From Microcoleaceae cyanobacterium (GTDB lineage: Bacteria; Cyanobacteriota; Cyanobacteriia; Cyanobacteriales; Microcoleaceae), in assembly GCA_051652765.1 (NCBI GenBank), contig JBOFUV010000133.1, positions 1 to 64,000 on the forward strand: a stretch of 64,000 bases of DNA, written 5' to 3'. The position numbers were made by a program, and so were the translations under genes. The notes under the pieces were generated by a model. It was not told the origin of the DNA, did not search any database, and saw only the letters and a program-made list of their open reading frames with translations. Shown here piece after piece: positions 36,901-47,772 of the stretch. How positions within the stretch are numbered: position 1 is the stretch's first letter; every line of letters starts with the position of its first letter.

Positions 36901-37647
36901 ATGGCAACCAATCTTTCCCCCGATCCTGAAATTATTCTAGGTACTCCAATTACCACCATTCTTCCCGATGATACAGAGGAAGGAGAGTTTTCAGGAACAA
37001 CCAGCCCTGACTATATTCAAGTTGACCCCAATATTGAACCCTTTGACTTTAATCTCTCTGGACTTCAGGGGTCTGATACCCTGATCGGAGGCGCTGGGAA
37101 TGATTTGATATCAGGGAATACCGGGGATGACCGACTTGATGGATTGAATGGGGCAGATGTTTTATTTGGCAACACTGGGGTCGATCTGTTGTCCGGGGGA
37201 GCCGCAAACGATGAAGCTTATGGTGGCCAGGGGAACGATACCTTGGTGGGAGATATCGGAGATGATATCTTGTCGGGTGATAAAGGCATGGACTTGTTAA
37301 TTGGGGGGCCCGGTCATGATTTATTCATTGTGGGCGATCGCGGTCAACTGGATGCGGCCTTCGTTGATGATTTTGTGCCCGGTCAAGATCAAGTCTTGAT
37401 TACTGGGGCTAATTCTTTTGGGGACTTGGATTTCTTCCCATTGACCGGCTTATCCGTGCAGAATTTGTTCCCAACCATTAACCAATTTACTGTGGGAGGC
37501 ACATTAATTTCAGTGAAGCAAACTGGAGAAATTATCGGAGTATTAAATAATGTTTTTCCTGAACAGGTTTCTATCTCTGATTTTCGTTTCCTGCCTCCTA
37601 GACTTCCCGCTCAAGATGCCGAAAGTTCCGACTCTTCAGCGGCCTGA
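36901..37647 (+). CDS. RTX-type calcium-binding repeat protein
   Basis: About nine GGxGxD nonapeptides followed by DDFVPGQDQV. Confidence 0.88.
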   Translation: MATNLSPDPEIILGTPITTILPDDTEEGEFSGTTSPDYIQVDPNIEPFDFNLSGLQGSDTLIGGAGNDLISGNTGDDRLDGLNGADVLFGNTGVDLLSGGAANDEAYGGQGNDTLVGDIGDDILSGDKGMDLLIGGPGHDLFIVGDRGQLDAAFVDDFVPGQDQVLITGANSFGDLDFFPLTGLSVQNLFPTINQFTVGGTLISVKQTGEIIGVLNNVFPEQVSISDFRFLPPRLPAQDAESSDSSAA

Positions 37648-38723
37648 CTTGTTGTCATGGCTAAGGGTAAAACGATCTCTACGGTTGTGCCCTGATCTCT
37701 CCCTAGACTTAAGAGACGGATCTGCCCCCCCATCATTTCAATCAACTGTTTGGAGATTGTTAACCCCAGTCCCGTGCTCCCTTGAGGATGGACAACCCTC
37801 TCGTTTTCAACTTGAAAGGGCTGAAAAAGTTTATTCTGGGCCTGAGGTTCAATTCCAATTCCAGTGTCTCGAACGGTTATCACGGCTGCTTTCGGGAATG
37901 TGCCCCCGTTCAAATCAATAGCGGCGGGGATAGTCGTCTGGATCGTAATGCCACCTTGCTCCGTAAACTTGACTGCATTTCCAATAATGTTAATAAAAAC
38001 TTGCTTCAGGTAAGTTGGATCAGCAATAACCTGAATCAAGTTTGGATCATGTTCCAAATTAAACTGTAACCCCTTCTGGCGAATATTGGCTAACTGTAAA
38101 TAGGCGGCGGCGGACAGACAAGCATGGAGATCGACAGACCTCAAATCACACATGACATAACCGGATTCAATCTTGGCTAAGTCTAAAACTCGATTGATCA
38201 AGGTTAACGAATGGACTGAAGATTGATAAGCCTGTTGCAATAACTCCATTTTTTCTTCTTGACTATCATACAAATCATCTAAGAGGAGCTGAAGAGAGCC
38301 AATAATGCCATTCATTGGGGTTCTGAGTTCATGGGAAATTTGCCGCAAAAACTCATCTTTGTAGTGGTTAATATTGTGTAGAGTTGAGTTATGGGCTTCT
38401 ATCTTGCGATAGTTTTCACAGGCATCCTTCAGGGCTTGTTTCAACTTAATTTTTTCGCCCTGTAATTGCTCTATTTTTTGATTGAGCAACCCTTCTAGGA
38501 CTGAGTTTCGCCGCCGTAGAACTTGCGACTTTTGATAAAGTGCGATCGCAACTCCACAGGCAATCAGAACAATTGCAAGGGGGATAATGATAAAAAATCC
38601 ATAGACTAGGAAGAAGTGTATCAAAGTGAGAGTGCGTAAAATACCAGCAATACTGAAATAGATGCTCTCATCAGTCTGGACTCCTAGATTGTATCGTTTG
38701 AGTTTCCGTTCTAGGAAGAACAC
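37611..38723 (-). CDS. Membrane-anchored histidine kinase (HisKA + HATPase), start uncertain
   Basis: SHELRTPMNGI, NIIGNAVKFT, DTGIGI, LFQPF, GSTGLGL; the 3' end overlaps the RTX gene by 37 nt. Confidence 0.88.
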   Translation of the reverse strand: MFFLERKLKRYNLGVQTDESIYFSIAGILRTLTLIHFFLVYGFFIIIPLAIVLIACGVAIALYQKSQVLRRRNSVLEGLLNQKIEQLQGEKIKLKQALKDACENYRKIEAHNSTLHNINHYKDEFLRQISHELRTPMNGIIGSLQLLLDDLYDSQEEKMELLQQAYQSSVHSLTLINRVLDLAKIESGYVMCDLRSVDLHACLSAAAYLQLANIRQKGLQFNLEHDPNLIQVIADPTYLKQVFINIIGNAVKFTEQGGITIQTTIPAAIDLNGGTFPKAAVITVRDTGIGIEPQAQNKLFQPFQVENERVVHPQGSTGLGLTISKQLIEMMGGQIRLLSLGRDQGTTVEIVLPLAMTTSQAAEESELSAS

Positions 38724-38890
38724 TGAACCTGTAATTTACTGAGGGTCAAAGCCTAGGCTTAAGTTTACCCCTCCATTCTACTCAGCCAATTTCTAAGTGG
38801 AGGTACTCCGGTCTCGGCTGATTGATTTTTGGCAGATTATTTGTCATTGGTGCTTGAATGCGGTCAACTGTTAACTGACGACTATCACCA

Positions 38891-39448
38891 ATGTTAGCTA
38901 TGTCTTCTTCCTTTCACCTTGAATCCCCACAAGTTAGTATTATCATGGGGAGTGATTCTGATCTGTCTACGATGCAAGGGGCGATCGCCATCTGTGAAGA
39001 GTTTGCCGTATCCCATGAAGTGGCCATTGTTTCTGCCCACCGCACACCTGATCACATGGTGAACTATGCAAAAACAGCCCACGAGCGCGGACTGAAGGTG
39101 ATTATTGCTGGAGCTGGGGGGGCCGCCCATTTACCTGGCATGGTAGCGGCCTTAACCCCTTTACCTGTGATTGGAGTTCCAGTGGCCACTCGTCATCTCC
39201 AAGGGGTTGACTCCCTTTACTCCATTGTGCAAATGCCGGGAGGAATTCCGGTGGCAGCGGTGGCAATTGGCAATGCAAAAAATGCAGGGTTGCTGGCGGT
39301 TCAGATCTTGGCAGCCCACCACCCGGATCTGCTTCAGCAGGTGCAGGAATACCGTCAATCCCTACGAGATTCTGTTCTTGATAAACAAAATCGCCTAGAA
39401 CAGTTGGGCTACGCTCAGTATCTAGTTGAAATTGCAGAGGGTTACTAG
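38891..39448 (+). CDS. purE: N5-CAIR mutase
   Basis: [31 protein letters not shown]. Confidence 0.96.
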   Translation: MLAMSSSFHLESPQVSIIMGSDSDLSTMQGAIAICEEFAVSHEVAIVSAHRTPDHMVNYAKTAHERGLKVIIAGAGGAAHLPGMVAALTPLPVIGVPVATRHLQGVDSLYSIVQMPGGIPVAAVAIGNAKNAGLLAVQILAAHHPDLLQQVQEYRQSLRDSVLDKQNRLEQLGYAQYLVEIAEGY

Positions 39449-39531
39449 TGTTGATCAGGGGTGTTACAAAACTTAAGCCTAGAGATTGAGTTTGTAGAAT
39501 CTAGCGTGTAAGTGTTGTTAGGATGAGCAAA

Positions 39532-39547
39532 TGTAAATTCTGATACA
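39532..39547 (+). promoter_or_regulatory. NtcA binding site upstream of amt1
   Basis: tGTA-aattctga-TACa matches GTA-N8-TAC; cacaat 23 nt downstream is an imperfect -10. Confidence 0.8.
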
Positions 39548-39850
39548 GAACCCATTGCTATCTGGTATACACAATTAGTAATTCTTGATGCAAAATCGGC
39601 ATTAGCGCTGAAATTTGAGTTGCTAGAGTACTTTAGCTAGCGCAGATTAATTGTCCTGAGACAATCTCAGGGCAGTTTGGCAACTGTATTCTGTTACCGA
39701 GTTGCGCTGTTGAGCTAGCAGTTCTCAGGTTCCTGAATCAACCTAAGGCTTAAATTTTTCCAGAATCCAAAACTTGATTTTCCAAAACTTAAGTTTCATA
39801 AACTTAAGGTTCATAAACTTTAAGTTTCATATCTTTTACCTCAATCTCCA

Positions 39851-41368
39851 ATGTTGAAGGCAATGTACAACAGAAAACAGCTAAACGTGGATCGTCTTAC
39901 GCTTCCTGCCAGCCACAGTTTCCAAAGCATGAAAAGCCAGAGAATCAAAAAACGAGGATGGACTAGGTGGCTCTCCCCTAGTCTTCTGAGTTGCATTCCT
40001 CTAACTGCAATTATTGTAGTCACTTGGAATTTGGCGGCTTCTGCTCAAGATGCTGAGCCTCTGACCCCTGAAGCAGTCCAGGGAGCCCTAAATATGATCT
40101 GGGTTCTGATTGCTGCAATTCTTGTGATTTTTATGAATGCGGGCTTTGCCATGCTAGAAACAGGGTTTTGCCGTCATAAAAATGCAGTTAATGTTTTGGC
40201 CAAAAACCTAATCGTGTTTGCGGTTTCCACTTTGAGTTTTTGGGTGATTGGATTCTCCCTGATGTTTGGTGGAGATAATCCGTTTATTGGGGGTGGGGGT
40301 TATTTTCTGTCTGGTAGTCCAGAAGTTTATAACTTGGCTCCCTTCCCTGAGGGATTACCACCGAGTGTGTTTTTCCTCTTCCAAGTTGCGTTTGCTGGGA
40401 CAGCCGCAACGATTGTTTCGGGAGCCGTTGCAGAACGAATTGAGTTCGTTGCTTTTTTGATTTTCAGTTTCCTGTTGGTGGCGATCGCCTATCCGATCAC
40501 AGGTCACTGGATTTGGGGCTATGACTTTGCCAACGGTGAAGCCACAGGTTGGCTTGGCAAGATGGGCTTTATTGATTTTGCGGGGTCAACCGTGGTTCAT
40601 TCCGTTGGGGGTTGGGCAGCACTGATGGGAGCAGCATTTCTGGGGCCTAGAATAGGCAAGTATGCTGAGGATGGCTCCCCTCGGGCAATCCCAGGTCACA
40701 ATATGAGTATTGCAACTCTGGGATGCTTGATTCTCTGGGTCTGCTGGTTTGGATTTAACGCTGGTTCAGTCCTGGCGGTGAATGAACTTGTTCCCTTCGT
40801 AGCAGTAACCACCTGTTTGGGCGGTGCGACTGGGGGAGTAGTTTCAACCATTACGTCCTGGGTCAAGGATGGCAAGCCGGATTTATCCATGATTATCAAC
40901 GGCATTCTGGCTGGATTGGTCGCCGTGACTGCAAGCTGCAATCTGATTACCTACTGGGAAGCTATAGTGATTGGTGCGATTGCCGGGGCTTTGGTGGTTT
41001 TTGCGGTTGGCTTTTTTGATCAGATCAAAATTGACGATCCCGTTGGAGCAACCTCGGTTCACTTGGTTTGTGGTGTTTGGGGAACCTTGGCAACGGGACT
41101 CTTTGCAACGGGTGCAAATTTTGGTGTTCAAGTGTTAGGAATTCTTTCCATCGGTGGATTTACCGTTCTCCTGAGTACAATCTTCTGGCTGGCGATCAAA
41201 GCGACTGTAGGGCTGCGGGTTCACTCGGAGCAGGAATTGATGGGTTTGGATATTTCCGAACATGGCATGGAAGCCTACAGCGGTTTCGTCAAAGAATCTG
41301 GCCCGACCAGCATGGGTGGAGCCGAATCGGGCATTCCTGCAGGGGGAGGAATTTCCAGTTCTTACTAA
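39851..41368 (+). CDS. amt1: Ammonium transporter (start uncertain)
   Basis: [46 protein letters not shown]. Confidence 0.95.
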   Translation: MLKAMYNRKQLNVDRLTLPASHSFQSMKSQRIKKRGWTRWLSPSLLSCIPLTAIIVVTWNLAASAQDAEPLTPEAVQGALNMIWVLIAAILVIFMNAGFAMLETGFCRHKNAVNVLAKNLIVFAVSTLSFWVIGFSLMFGGDNPFIGGGGYFLSGSPEVYNLAPFPEGLPPSVFFLFQVAFAGTAATIVSGAVAERIEFVAFLIFSFLLVAIAYPITGHWIWGYDFANGEATGWLGKMGFIDFAGSTVVHSVGGWAALMGAAFLGPRIGKYAEDGSPRAIPGHNMSIATLGCLILWVCWFGFNAGSVLAVNELVPFVAVTTCLGGATGGVVSTITSWVKDGKPDLSMIINGILAGLVAVTASCNLITYWEAIVIGAIAGALVVFAVGFFDQIKIDDPVGATSVHLVCGVWGTLATGLFATGANFGVQVLGILSIGGFTVLLSTIFWLAIKATVGLRVHSEQELMGLDISEHGMEAYSGFVKESGPTSMGGAESGIPAGGGISSSY

Positions 41369-41452
41369 GGCCCTCGACCGTCTCTAGGGCTGAGATTGTT
41401 CGCCCTAAGGGTTTAGGATTTAGAATCAACCTTTAACCTGCCTTAAAGTATC

Positions 41453-41500
41453 TCGCCCTCAACCTGACAAGAAACGATCAGGTTGAGGGCGATAATTTTT
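41453..41500 (+). terminator. Intrinsic terminator after amt1
   Basis: 15-bp stem tcgccctcaacctga/tcaggttgagggcga followed by taattttt. Confidence 0.8.
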
Positions 41501-41553
41501 GTGATTGATTAAAGTTACTGATTAAACTACTGATTAAATTTTTGATTAAAATT

Positions 41554-41578
41554 TGTGGGTTAGGCATCGTGCCTGACT
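41554..41578. repeat. REP-like small dispersed repeat copy (family B)
   Basis: tgtgggttaggcatcgtgcctgact, near-identical to 25026-25050. Confidence 0.65.
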
Positions 41579-41786
41579 GAGAAAGCCGAAACGACTGCCC
41601 TACAGATTAAAATTCACCTTAAATCTTTAGACTTAACCCTGAGATTTAATGTTGAGATTTAACCTTAAGCTTCAACCTTATAAACTTGACTCAGAAACTT
41701 AACCTTTACATTAGACTATTACCAAGCAGTTTCTCTATCAATTTGTTAGGATGACTATGACTCAGAAGAGTTAGTAGGAGAGCACT

Positions 41787-42284
41787 GTGTTCAATTATCT
41801 TCCGCCGCTAAATGATCACAATTTACCCTATCCGGACACAATGCATCCCATTGTAGTTCACTTTGTGATTGCAATGGTATTGTTTGCGTTTTTTTGTGAT
41901 GTCGTTGGCTACTTAACCCGCAATTCTCGCCTGTATGAAGTGAGTTGGTGGAACTTGTTTTTTGCTACTATTTCTATTTTTATTGCAATTATCTTTGGAC
42001 AGGTTGAGGCGGGTCTAGCCCAACCCTATGCCGCAGCAGAGCCAACCCTGAACTTGCATACCCTGATTGGGTGGTCACTGTCTGGGGTGATTGCTGGGAT
42101 TACAGCATGGCGCTATGTCATTCGATTTCGCGACCCGAAGCAGTTGTCTGTAGCGTTTTTGGGTTTAGAAGTTCTCTTGGTGGGTTTGGTTTTTTTCCAA
42201 GTTTATCTGGGGGATGAGCTGGTTTGGGTCTACGGGCTCCATACTGTACCTGTAGTCGAAGCAGTTCGGGAAGGAGTATTGTAA
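41787..42284 (+). CDS. DUF2231-like four-TM membrane protein
   Basis: HPIVVHFVIA, four hydrophobic helices, LGDELVWVYGLH; GTG start after aggag. Confidence 0.82.
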   Translation: MFNYLPPLNDHNLPYPDTMHPIVVHFVIAMVLFAFFCDVVGYLTRNSRLYEVSWWNLFFATISIFIAIIFGQVEAGLAQPYAAAEPTLNLHTLIGWSLSGVIAGITAWRYVIRFRDPKQLSVAFLGLEVLLVGLVFFQVYLGDELVWVYGLHTVPVVEAVREGVL

Positions 42285-42889
42285 TGAATTCTGATTTGGT
42301 TAAACAGTTGGGAGAGCAACTGGGGGCCAATGGCTTGCCCTATACAATTCCGATCCATCCGAACTTAGTCCATCTCACCCTGGGACTGTTTATTGTGGCG
42401 ATCGCCTTCGATATTGTGGGCGTGCTCTATCCCTTGGAAAAGCCTGTATTTAAGTTCATGTCCATTCCAGCCGCCCGTTCAAACTTCTTTGATGTGGGCT
42501 GGTACAACATGCTAGCTGCTGCCATCATTACCTTTTTTACAGTGGCCGCAGGGTTCTACGAGATTCTCCTGGCGATGCCCTCCCCTGAAACCAAAAGTGC
42601 CTGGGGATTACAGGCGATGGAAACGATGCTGTGGCATGGGGTCGGTGGGGTTGTGCTGCTAGGACTGATTGTGGTGATGACAGTCTGGCGAGGGTTTCAA
42701 CGGTTTCTCTGGCGCAAGGACAGATCCCAGCAGGTGCAATGGAGCTATCTGCTGGCTGGGCTGGGAATTTTTGCGCTGATGTTTGTTCACGGAACCCTAG
42801 GGGCGCAACTCGCTGCTGAATTTGGGGTACATGTTACGGCTGATCGGTTGTTGAGATTGGGTGAAAACCCGAATCTGCTCCTGAAGTAA
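42284..42889 (+). CDS. DUF2231-like four-TM membrane protein (paralogue)
   Basis: IHPNLVHLTLG, LWHGVGG, LGAQLAAEFGVH; ATG overlaps the previous stop (TAATG). Confidence 0.82.
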   Translation: MNSDLVKQLGEQLGANGLPYTIPIHPNLVHLTLGLFIVAIAFDIVGVLYPLEKPVFKFMSIPAARSNFFDVGWYNMLAAAIITFFTVAAGFYEILLAMPSPETKSAWGLQAMETMLWHGVGGVVLLGLIVVMTVWRGFQRFLWRKDRSQQVQWSYLLAGLGIFALMFVHGTLGAQLAAEFGVHVTADRLLRLGENPNLLLK

Positions 42890-42903
42890 TTCTGTAGGTT
42901 GTC

Positions 42904-43839
42904 ATGAAATTTCGGCTGATTTTGACCTTATCTGTAGTAGCGATCGCGCTCTTGGCCGTGAGTTTGTGGATGGGACAGCAGGCGTATACCTGGCTACCCC
43001 CGCAAGCCTCGGCTGAATCAAAGCTGAGCGACGATTTATTTAGTTTTCTGGTTACGATTTCAACTTCTATTTTCTTTGGGGTAACGGGAACCCTAGCCTA
43101 TTCTTTGCTATTTCATCGGGCTGGCAAGTACGACTTCAGTGACGGCCCCCATATCGAGGGCAATGTGACTCTAGAGGTGGTTTGGACAGCCATCCCGATG
43201 GTTCTGGTATTTTGGTTGGCGGGCTATAGCTATCAGGTTTATAACCAAATGGCGATTCGTGGCCCTATGGAACATCATCACGGAGCCATGGCCGCTGCCC
43301 AAGCCGCCCCAATGAACGCCGATCCAATGAACAAGGCGGTGTCAGCCAACCCCAGAGATCTAGAAGAGATTGAGGTGTTGTCCCGACAGTGGGCTTGGGA
43401 GTTCCGCTATCCCAATCAGAATATAACTAGCACAGAATTACATTTACCTCAAGACCGGCGGGTGAGGTTAACCATGACATCCGAGGATGTTATCCATGGT
43501 TTTTATATTCCTGCCTTTCGGGTAAAGCAAGATATTATTCCGGGTCGAGTGAATGATCTGGAGTTCACGCCAATTCGCATCGGTCAGTATCGGTTGCGCG
43601 ATTCTCAGTACAGTGGTACCTATTTTGCCGCTATGCAAACCGATGTTGTCGTGGAGTCTCGCGAAGACTATCAGCAGTGGTTGGCTAAAGCTGCATCTCA
43701 GACTCCTACGGTGGCCTACAACCGAGCCTTTACTGAATACAACCAAACTCAAAAATCCGCGATCGCAGGCTGGAAGACGGTTCCTCCTTCTGCTCCCCCC
43801 GTTGTTAATTTTTCTAGTGCCAAGGAAAATTCTTTATGA
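42904..43839 (+). CDS. coxB: Heme-copper oxidase subunit II lacking CuA ligands (ARTO/cox3-type)
   Basis: LEVVWT, QWAWEFRY, DVIHGFYIP; the CxExCGxxHxxM site reads DSQYSGTYFAAM. Confidence 0.9.
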   Translation: MKFRLILTLSVVAIALLAVSLWMGQQAYTWLPPQASAESKLSDDLFSFLVTISTSIFFGVTGTLAYSLLFHRAGKYDFSDGPHIEGNVTLEVVWTAIPMVLVFWLAGYSYQVYNQMAIRGPMEHHHGAMAAAQAAPMNADPMNKAVSANPRDLEEIEVLSRQWAWEFRYPNQNITSTELHLPQDRRVRLTMTSEDVIHGFYIPAFRVKQDIIPGRVNDLEFTPIRIGQYRLRDSQYSGTYFAAMQTDVVVESREDYQQWLAKAASQTPTVAYNRAFTEYNQTQKSAIAGWKTVPPSAPPVVNFSSAKENSL

Positions 43840-45518
43840 TCGACACTCCTTTCCCAGGGGTTGTTCCTAGTCGTGAACAGCCTCAGCCTGGGTCTCCTGA
43901 GAACTGGAGACGCTTCTTTAGCTTTAGTACGGATCACAAGGTGATTGGTATCCAGTATCTGGTTACGTCATTCCTCTTCTTCCTGATTGGTGGCATCTTT
44001 GCCATGATTATGCGCGGGGAGTTGATTACTCCAGAGTCAGATTTAGTTGACCGCACGGTTTACAATGCCCTGTTTACAATGCATGGAACGATCATGCTAT
44101 TCATGTGGACTTTTCCATCGTTGCTGGGAATCTCCAACTACCTAGTTCCCCTGATGATTGGGGCGCGGGATATGGCCTTTCCTCGCTTGAATGCTGTGGC
44201 GTTCTGGATGGTGCCAATTTTTAGTATTGTCCTGCTATCCAGTTTCTTTGTTCCTGGTGGCCCTTCCCAGTCTGGTTGGTGGGCCTATCCTCCAGTGAGT
44301 CTACAGAATCCCACAGGGAACTTAGTCAATGGTCAGTTCCTTTGGCTGGTGGCAGTGGCGATTTCGGGGGTCGCTTCAATTATGGGCGCAGTCAATATCG
44401 TGACAACGATTGTCAAAATGCGAGCGCCAGGAATGACCTTTTTTCGAATGCCTGTTTTTGTTTGGACCGTGCTTAGCGCTCAAATTATTCAGTTGTTTGG
44501 CTTGCCTGCGCTGACGGCGGGGGCGGTGATGCTTTTGTCTGACTTAACGGTTGGCACTAGCTTTTTTGACCCTGCGAAGGGAGGAGATCCGGTTCTCTTC
44601 CAGCATTTTTTCTGGTTCTATTCCCATCCGGCAGTTTATGTGATGGTTCTGCCCGTCTTTGGGGTGTTTTCAGAAATTTTTCCAGTCTATGCTCGCAAGC
44701 CTCTATTTGGCTACAAAGTGGTTGCCGTCTCATCTGCGATTATTACTGCGCTGAGTGGCCTAGTTTGGGTACATCACATGTTCGCCAGTGGAACGCCGGG
44801 ATGGATGCGGTTGTTCTTTATGATTACCAGCATGTGTATTGCTGTGCCCACAGGAATTAAAGTGTTTGCCTGGGTGGCAACGATTTGGCGTGGCAAACTC
44901 CGTTTGGATACTCCCATGCTGTTTGCGATGGGGGGCTTGGTAATGTTTTTGTTTGCTGGCATTACCGGGATCATGCTGGCTTCGGTGCCAATTGATATTC
45001 ATGTCAATAATACCTACTTTATTGTTGGCCATTTTCATTACGTTCTGTATGGGACGATTACGATGGGCTTGTTTGCCGCCATCTATCATTGGTTCCCTAA
45101 AATGACGGGAAAAATGTACTACGAGAGTTTGGGCAAATTGCATTTCTGGCTCGCCTTCATTGGGACTAATCTCAACTTTCTGCCGATGCATCCATTGGGA
45201 TTGCATGGAATGCCGCGCCGGGTTGCTTCCTATGATCCAGAGTTTGCCTTTTGGAACGTGATTGCGAGTATTGGAGGCTTCGTTTTAGGGATGTCCACGT
45301 TGCCGTTTATTCTCAATATGGTGAGTTCCTGGGTACAGGGCAAAAAAGCGCCCGATAATCCTTGGCGAGCTATTGGTTTGGAATGGCTGGTGTCTTCACC
45401 TCCTCCGGTTGAGAACTTTGAGGAAATTCCAATTGTGATTGCTGCACCCTATGGTTACGGCAAAAAAGATCCCTTAACTGCAAACCTTCGCGACGCTTTA
45501 GAGGTGGCCAATGAGTAG
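43836..45518 (+). CDS. coxA: Heme-copper oxidase subunit I
   Basis: TDHK, MHGT, FWFYSHPAVY (A2-type YS motif), WVHHM, GHFHY, GMPRR. Confidence 0.96.
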   Translation: MIDTPFPGVVPSREQPQPGSPENWRRFFSFSTDHKVIGIQYLVTSFLFFLIGGIFAMIMRGELITPESDLVDRTVYNALFTMHGTIMLFMWTFPSLLGISNYLVPLMIGARDMAFPRLNAVAFWMVPIFSIVLLSSFFVPGGPSQSGWWAYPPVSLQNPTGNLVNGQFLWLVAVAISGVASIMGAVNIVTTIVKMRAPGMTFFRMPVFVWTVLSAQIIQLFGLPALTAGAVMLLSDLTVGTSFFDPAKGGDPVLFQHFFWFYSHPAVYVMVLPVFGVFSEIFPVYARKPLFGYKVVAVSSAIITALSGLVWVHHMFASGTPGWMRLFFMITSMCIAVPTGIKVFAWVATIWRGKLRLDTPMLFAMGGLVMFLFAGITGIMLASVPIDIHVNNTYFIVGHFHYVLYGTITMGLFAAIYHWFPKMTGKMYYESLGKLHFWLAFIGTNLNFLPMHPLGLHGMPRRVASYDPEFAFWNVIASIGGFVLGMSTLPFILNMVSSWVQGKKAPDNPWRAIGLEWLVSSPPPVENFEEIPIVIAAPYGYGKKDPLTANLRDALEVANE

Positions 45519-46128
45519 CGTTAATCTTGAAATGTCTCCGAGTTCAGATCTGGAAAAAGCTCACGGTGCTGAACACGTTCACGATGAAGCAGGCAACAGC
45601 ATGTTTGGCTTCATTGTGTTCTTGCTCTCAGAAAGTGTGATTTTCCTAAGTTTTTTTGTTGGGTATATTGTTTATAAGACTACAGCGGTTGACTGGCTAC
45701 CTGCAGGGGTTACCGGGTTAGACATTCGAGAACCTGCGATTAATACAGTGGTCTTGGTATCCAGTAGTTTTGTGATCTATGTTGCCGAGCGATTTCTGCA
45801 TGTTAAAAATCTATGGGCATTTCGGTTGTTTTGGCTGGCTACAATGGCCATGGGAACTTACTTTCTGTATGGTCAGGCGGTAGAGTGGCGCAGCCTTGAG
45901 TTTGGCTTTACCTCTGGAGTGTTCGGGGGAAGTTTTTATTTACTGACGGGATTTCATGGGTTGCACGTCTTGACAGGCGTGCTTCTACAATTGCTGATGT
46001 TGATTAAATCCTTTGTTCCCGGCAATTATGACAAAGGGGAAGTTGGAGTGGCTGCAACTTCTCTGTTTTGGCATTTTGTGGATGTCATTTGGATTATTTT
46101 GTTTATTCTGATTTACATCTGGCAGTAA
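45511..46128 (+). CDS. coxC: Heme-copper oxidase subunit III
   Basis: FLLSE, NTVVLVSSS, TGFHGLHV, FWHFVDVIW. Confidence 0.95.
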   Translation: MSSVNLEMSPSSDLEKAHGAEHVHDEAGNSMFGFIVFLLSESVIFLSFFVGYIVYKTTAVDWLPAGVTGLDIREPAINTVVLVSSSFVIYVAERFLHVKNLWAFRLFWLATMAMGTYFLYGQAVEWRSLEFGFTSGVFGGSFYLLTGFHGLHVLTGVLLQLLMLIKSFVPGNYDKGEVGVAATSLFWHFVDVIWIILFILIYIWQ

Positions 46129-46266
46129 CGAGGGTTTGACCGATTTAACTTTTGATTTGGGCTTGATGACCGAACCCTTGCTTGAGGGCAAGGTCACCTT
46201 GCTTTTATAAAAAATATAAGGTTGTCAACCAGACTGAATATGACTCAGCAGTTAAGGAGGAGTTGA

Positions 46267-47772
46267 ATGATTATCGACGACCAACACTATGATGTGATTG
46301 TGATTGGCACTGGGGCCGGTGGAGGAACCCTAGCTCACAAACTAGCATCAACTGGGAAGAAAATCTTGATCCTGGAACGGGGCGATTTTATGGCCCTGGA
46401 AGAGCAGAATCGCACCAGCGTGGATGTGTTCAAACGGGAGCGTTATCATGCTCCAGAGCAATGGTATGACAGTATGGGAGAGCCGTTTTCTCCCCAAACG
46501 AACTACGCTGTTGGAGGAAATACCAAGGTTTATGGTGCGGTGTTGCAACGGATGCGGGAACGGGATTTTGAGCAGATCAGTCATCAAGACGGGATTTCTC
46601 CAGAATGGTGTCTCAAATATAGTGACTTTGAGCCTTACTACAGCGAAGCAGAGCAACTGTATCAGGTTCACGGAACTGCGACTGGAGACCCCACAGAGCC
46701 TGCCCATAGTATTGAGTATGCCTATCCGGCGATTGAGCACGAATCCCGTGTCCAGCCGATTGTAGAAGCGATCGCCCAGCAAGGCTTGCATCCGACGACC
46801 TTGCCCCTGACCCTGACCCGTGAGAAGGATGATCCGACCGGAGATTCCGAGACCTTTGGCATTGCTCCGGCGCTCAAGTCCCCCAACATTACCCTGATCA
46901 CTTCGGCTACGGTGGTTTGCTTGCACACCAATTCCTCTGGGCGGATGGTGAAAGCAGTAGAAGCAGAAATTGCTGGACATCCCTATCTCTTTCTTGGGGA
47001 TATGATTGTACTGGCGTGTGGAGCCATTAATTCAGCGGCGTTGCTCCTGCGATCGGTTAATGAAAAACACCCTAAAGGATTGGCGAACGGCTCTGATCAG
47101 GTTGGACGCAATCTGATGAAGCATCTAATGACCACTATCGTGCAGCGGGATGGAACCCCTAATTCTGGAACCTTCCGAAAATCGATCAGCGTGAATGACT
47201 TTTATTGGGGAGATGCTGATTTTCCCTATCCTATGGGCCATGTCCAAAACACTGGGGGTCTGCTACAGGATGTGATTTTTGCTGAAGCGCCACCGTTATT
47301 GTCAGTGTTGGCAAAAGTGATGCCTGAATTTGGGCTGAAGCAATTGGCGATGCGTTCAATTGGGTGGTGGGTACAAACAGAAGTGTTGCCTGATCACAAT
47401 AATCGAGTCCGGGTTGAGCCCGCCAAACTCTGCCTAGATTACACCCCTAATAATTTGGAAGCCCATGACCGTCTGATTTATCGTTGGAAAGAAGTCCTCA
47501 AAGCCGTCGATAAAACGATTGAGCAGCGCAGTGCCGTTTATCCCCATGGTGAAGCGCCGATCCAGGTTGTAGCCCATCAGTGTGGAACCTGTCGGTTTGG
47601 GGACAATCCAGAGACTTCTGTCCTCGATCAAAACTGTCGAGCCCACGAGATTGATAATCTGTATGTGGTCGATAGCAGTTTCTTTCCTTCGAGTTCCGGT
47701 GTGGGTCCAGCGTTAACGGTGATTGCAAACGCTCTGCGAGTTGGGGATCACTTGATCGAACGCCTAACTTGA
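46267..47772 (+). CDS. GMC-family FAD oxidoreductase
   Basis: IGTGAGGG, VGGNTKVYG, ACGAINSAALLLRS, VGRNLM, HQCGTCRFG, NLYVVDSSFFP. Confidence 0.92.
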   Translation: MIIDDQHYDVIVIGTGAGGGTLAHKLASTGKKILILERGDFMALEEQNRTSVDVFKRERYHAPEQWYDSMGEPFSPQTNYAVGGNTKVYGAVLQRMRERDFEQISHQDGISPEWCLKYSDFEPYYSEAEQLYQVHGTATGDPTEPAHSIEYAYPAIEHESRVQPIVEAIAQQGLHPTTLPLTLTREKDDPTGDSETFGIAPALKSPNITLITSATVVCLHTNSSGRMVKAVEAEIAGHPYLFLGDMIVLACGAINSAALLLRSVNEKHPKGLANGSDQVGRNLMKHLMTTIVQRDGTPNSGTFRKSISVNDFYWGDADFPYPMGHVQNTGGLLQDVIFAEAPPLLSVLAKVMPEFGLKQLAMRSIGWWVQTEVLPDHNNRVRVEPAKLCLDYTPNNLEAHDRLIYRWKEVLKAVDKTIEQRSAVYPHGEAPIQVVAHQCGTCRFGDNPETSVLDQNCRAHEIDNLYVVDSSFFPSSSGVGPALTVIANALRVGDHLIERLT

